In this document: piece after piece, positions 62,050 to 64,000 of the stretch | Numbering within the stretch: the stretch's first letter is position 1 | Layout: each line of letters opens with the position of its first letter | NCBI RefSeq assembly: GCF_004010195.1 | Contig: NC_057719.1 | Location: forward strand, 63,427,378-63,491,377 | Direction: 5' to 3' | DNA length: 64,000 nt | Source: Chiloscyllium plagiosum | Lineage: Eukaryota | Position numbers and translations under genes: made by a program | The notes under the pieces: model-generated | The model's database searches: none | What the model was told of the DNA's origin: nothing | What the model saw: the letters and a program-made list of their open reading frames with translations, nothing else

Positions 62050-62579
62050 ATCTGGAAAGTTGATAAATACTTTAACAATGTAGAAGGGTTGGTTTAATCT
62101 GAACACATTTCTCATGACAACAACTTGCATTTATGTAGCAACTTCAACAGTAAACATGCTTTCATTTATAGTGTTGAAAACAAAAGTGATCCTTCCGAAG
62201 AAGTCTCATGACTTGTCTTTTATGGGGTTGGTTTTTATGTAGGATACTGGACTAGCAGATCTTCTGTTCTCAACAGACTTCCTTACAGATGAACAGCATT
62301 TGTTGTAACTATGACACGCTTCTTATGTCCTTCATCCTGTTCCCAGAATATGTGCAGCGAGGTTGCAGGCATTAAACAAAGCCATAGATCTCATTAATAA
62401 TTTGCCTTTTAAATTTGAGACATCCAAAAAGCGGTTTTAGCATCTCAAGTACGTTTGTGACATGGTGTTCAGAGGAGCTTTGCTGTGCACCTTCTCAGGA
62501 GAATAGAATTCTTCTTATTGAAGTTTTCGGAAGCAATTAATGGTTAGGTGAGCTGGTTCAGCATATTCAGATTTATGGT

Positions 62580-62710
62580 GCCTAATACTTCACCCTTGGT
62601 ACCCATGCCTTCAGCTTCTGGTCCGAGACTTTAGAATTGTCTCCCTAAAGCTTTTATACTTCTCTCTCCACTCATGTTAAAATCTATCTCTTGGACTAAG
62701 TTTTACTAAG
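62580..62710 (+). mobile_element. L2-type LINE 3' remnant
   Basis: catgccttcagc..ctttagaattgtctccctaaa..ttaaaatctatctctt resembles the 'AFS..P.LWNSLP..LKT.LF' C-terminus. Confidence 0.5.
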
Positions 62711-62786
62711 GATATTAAATCCTGCAATTGACTAATACACTTTGTCTCAGTGCCTCAAGTGAACAAACTATGGTAAAATTTGATTT

Positions 62787-64000
62787 ATAGAACATTACAG
62801 CACAGTACAGGCCCTTCGGCCCTCGATGTTGCGCCGACCTGTCATACCAATCTGAAGCCCATCTAACCTACAATATTCCATATACGTCCATATGCTTGTC
62901 CAGTGACGACTTAAATGTACTTAAAGTTGGCGAATCTACTACCATTGCAGGCAAAGCATTCCATACCCTTACTACTCTCTGAGTAAAGAAACTACCTCTG
63001 ACATCTGTCCTATAACTATCACCCCTCAATTTAAAGCTATGCCCCCTCGTGCTCGCCGTCACCATTCTTGGAAAAGGCTCTCCCTGTCAACCCTATCTAA
63101 CCCTCTGATTATCTTATATNNNNNNNNNNNNNNNNNNNNNNNNNNNNNNNNNNNNNNNNNNNNNNNNNNNNNNNNNNNNNNNNNNNNNNNNNNNNNNNNN
63201 NNNNNNNNNNNNNNNNNNNNNNNNNNNNNNNNNNNNNNNNNNNNNNNNNNNNNNNNNNNNNNNNNNNNNNNNNNNNNNNNNNNNNNNNNNNNNNNNNNNN
63301 NNNNNNNNNNNNNNNNNNNNNNNNNNNNNNNNNNNNNNNNNNNNNNNNNNNNNNNNNNNNNNNNNNNNNNNNNNNNNNNNNNNNAACTCCATCGACCTTA
63401 ATGTCGTCTGCAAATTTACTAACCCACCATTCTACACCCTCATCCAGGTCGTTTATAAAAATGACGAACAGCAGTGGACCCAACACCGACCCTTGTGGTA
63501 CACCACTGGTAACTGGACTCCAGGATGAACATTTCCCATCAATCACCACCCTCTGTCTTCTTTCAGCAAGCAATTACTGATCCAAATTGCTATATCTCCC
63601 ACAATCCCATTCCTCCGCATTTTGTACAATAGCCTACTATGGGGAACCTTAACGAACGCCTTGCTGAAATCCATATACACCATTTCAACTGGCTTACTCT
63701 CATCTACCTGTTTGGTCATCTTCTCAAGGAACTCAATAAGGTTTGTGAGGCACGACCTACCCTTCACAAACCGTACTGACTACCCCTAATCAAATGATTA
63801 TTTTCAAGATGATTATAAATCCTATCTCTTATAACCTTTACCAACAACTGAAGTAAGGCTCACTGGTCTATAATTACCAGGATTGTCTCTATTCCCCTTC
63901 TTGAACAGGGGAACCACATTTGCTATCCTCCAGTCTTCTGGCACTATTCCTGTAGACAATGACGATTTAAAGATCAATGCCAAATGCTCGGCAATCTCCT
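62787..64000 (-). mobile_element. Young CR1 (gap 63120-63384), runs off the window end
   Basis: '[29 protein letters not shown]', 'GRSCLTNLIEF'; same subfamily as 45773. Confidence 0.95.

Noticed and set aside
105..64000. Excess of minus-strand CR1s as evidence for a + strand host intron
   Set aside because: Roughly 14 versus 9 by my count, too weak to infer a gene, and no exon was found
1..64000. CRISPR array, prokaryotic operon, retron or LTR/endogenous viral element
   Set aside because: No regularly spaced repeats, no gene-dense region and no gag/integrase motifs; all RT motifs are CR1-, Rex/L2- or PLE-type

Overview
Repeat-dense, non-coding eukaryotic DNA, very probably from a shark (elasmobranch): it carries HE1-type tRNA-derived SINEs, many CR1-clade LINEs and a DeuSINE relic. 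I could not recognise any host protein-coding exon. Almost every ORF in the track is a LINE or Penelope fragment, an antisense read of one, or an N-gap artefact. Contents: about 20 CR1 copies or fragments (three near full length with an SGNH-esterase ORF1 plus APE/RT ORF2, often nested); Rex/Babar and L2 3' ends; HE1 SINEs and a second ~120-bp tRNA-SINE; a TA-flanked Tc1/mariner-type MITE; a probable Harbinger transposase fossil; a tRNA-Pro 5' half; and five assembly gaps, all inside young CR1s. The most notable signal is at least three distinct Penelope-like element (PLE) families. Their terminal repeats each carry a minimal type-I hammerhead ribozyme motif (CUGANGA-stem II-GAAA-palindromic stem III-UH), with covarying stems between families. 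They are often inserted as fold-back, non-coding mini-elements flanked by 10-17-bp direct repeats. The PLE-hammerhead link is established knowledge; these particular families and their fold-back derivatives may not be described. All calls are by eye and coordinates of degenerate repeats are approximate.
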